DNA of 64,000 nucleotides from Escherichia coli (GTDB lineage Bacteria; Pseudomonadota; Gammaproteobacteria; Enterobacterales; Enterobacteriaceae): NCBI RefSeq assembly GCF_022846255.1, contig NZ_AP025682.1; one strand, 5' to 3'. Shown piece by piece: positions 62,491 to 64,000 of this stretch (position 1 is its first letter; each line of letters starts with the position of its first letter). The notes under the pieces were generated by a model. It saw only the letters and a program-made list of their open reading frames with translations, ran no database searches and was not told where the DNA came from. The position numbers and the translations under genes were made by a program.

Positions 62491-63735
62491 GTTGATGACT
62501 CCTGAAAGTTAATGATGTTTTAAGCTCTGTGAGCGAATTAATGCTTTCGCTCATAATCAGATCTAAAACGGTAATAACTTACAGATGGTATTTATCAGGC
62601 ATGCTGTAGCAGAATGAATACGACGGGTTATTAACGATACGCAGCATTATGCAGAAAGAAATGGATTATCTGATGGTATTAACTAAAGAGATGAGATAAA
62701 CGAGGAGCGAATAAAATACAGAATCAATAAACATCACGAAATACTGTAAAATACGAGCTAAAACCCCACTAGCTGGAGGTTAAGAAACGCATTACGACCA
62801 GTCACATCATAAACTACAAACTTGCTCTCAGTGAGTCTGCAAAAACGTGTACAAGGCCAACACATATCTGTAATTATACACTCTCATTCAATCTGTTAAA
62901 AACAACTCATGTTCAAGATATGAACGTTAACGGGTACACGGTACCAGAATAAAATATACCATGGATGGATAATTTTCATTTTGTTTAACATACAAGATAA
63001 TCAGAAACGAACAAATATAATCAGAAATTCACTCTGTCAATACCATTGTTTATTCTGTTCTGTTAATTGTTACGGAATCATGGATACCTTATCAAAGAAT
63101 AAATACTCAGTTAATCAGTAATGACAAAAGAATTGATGTTCACCAGAACAGTTAGAAAACATCAGATAAACAATCATCGTTAAGTCAATACAGTTCATGA
63201 TGGATAAGATTAAAATCAATTACTGTTTTACTGAAGACTGAAAACAGATAGATATCAGTAATAGCGCAGTAGAGAATAACTTATCTGAACATCATATGAG
63301 TTACAGTAATTATGATTGAATGAAAGGGAAGTGGATATTGTGATAATGGTGACAAAAAAATATTAGAGAAGGACATGAGTGAATATAATTAGCTGAGGGT
63401 AAGAGTAATGGAATGTGTAGAGATAGAGATTATAAAAAAGAGAGCGAGTAAAGACAGGAAGTAAATAACAATAGAGATTGTATGAAAAAGGGAGTGAGTA
63501 TAATAATAGTAATAAACCTAAATTAAAATTATTCATGTTTTATGTATGGAAATAATTTTAGAAAATGAATCTGTTTGAAAACTCTTTCTCAGAGATTAAC
63601 CTATCAGATGCTCAACGAACTCAATTAATTGGATGTATTAATCGCGACTTGATCTGACACTGAACCTTGAAAGGTTGAGAGTTACCGGTTTTGATATGGG
63701 TGTCGAATCCTTATACAAAACACGAGGTAACTATC

Positions 63736-64000
63736 ATGCTTCATACTACCAATCCCGTTATCAAACACAAAGCCGGTTTGCTCAATCTGGCTGAAGAACT
63801 CAGCAACGTATCAAAAGCCTGTAAAATCATGGGCGTTTCGCGTGATACGTTTTATCGTTACCACGAACTGGCCGATGAAAGCGGTGTGGATGCGCTGATT
63901 AATCGTAGTCGCCGGCTCCTAACCTTAAGAACCGTACCGATGAGGCAACTGAACAGGCTGTTGTTGATTACGCCGTCGCTTTCCCGGCACACGGTCAGCA
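63736..64000 (+). CDS. transposase-like HTH protein, N-terminal part (runs to or past the window end)
   Basis: ATG at 63736 preceded by RBS-like GAGG; MLHTTNPVIKHKAGLLNLAEELSNVSKACKIMGVSRDTFYRYHELADESGVDALINRSRR... resembles IS-transposase HTH domains. Confidence 0.4.
   Translation, partial: MLHTTNPVIKHKAGLLNLAEELSNVSKACKIMGVSRDTFYRYHELADESGVDALINRSRRLLTLRTVPMRQLNRLLLITPSLSRHTVS

Overview
This 64 kb window is Escherichia coli chromosome. The first ~35.4 kb is conserved core (gene order as in K-12, reverse-complemented: mutL-amiB-tsaE-nnr / queG / three tRNA-Gly / orn / rsgA-psd-mscM / yjeO-yjeN-yjeM / epmA / frdABCD-ampC-blc / gdx / ecnBA / efp / epmB / yjeJ / yjeI / groSL / yjeH / fxsA / aspA-dcuA / cutA-dsbD-yjdC / tRNA-Phe). 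From ~35.46 kb to the window end is a genomic island inserted at the 3' end of tRNA-Phe: a P4-type integrase, an Afa/Dr-type chaperone-usher adhesin operon with a pap-like GATC switch whose PapI-like regulator is cut by an IS, a pile-up of IS elements (IS3-family x2, IS30 nested in one of them, IS630-family, IS110- and IS10-like remnants), and low-GC cargo. The cargo most worth follow-up is a Dgt-family HD-domain dGTPase-like gene paired with a 3-TM protein (candidate nucleotide-depletion phage defence). Other cargo: an MFS transporter plus Gfo/Idh/MocA oxidoreductase pair, a decayed TpsB/CdiB-like gene with a G11 homopolymer at its frameshift, a tightly coupled AT-rich two-gene cassette with an in-frame TGA, an H-NS paralogue, a ProQ/FinO-like protein and an AlpA-linked cassette. 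All calls rest on reading the translations and motifs by eye; no database search was run. Coordinates taken from the ORF track are exact; coordinates I derived by hand for small features may be off by 1-3 bp.
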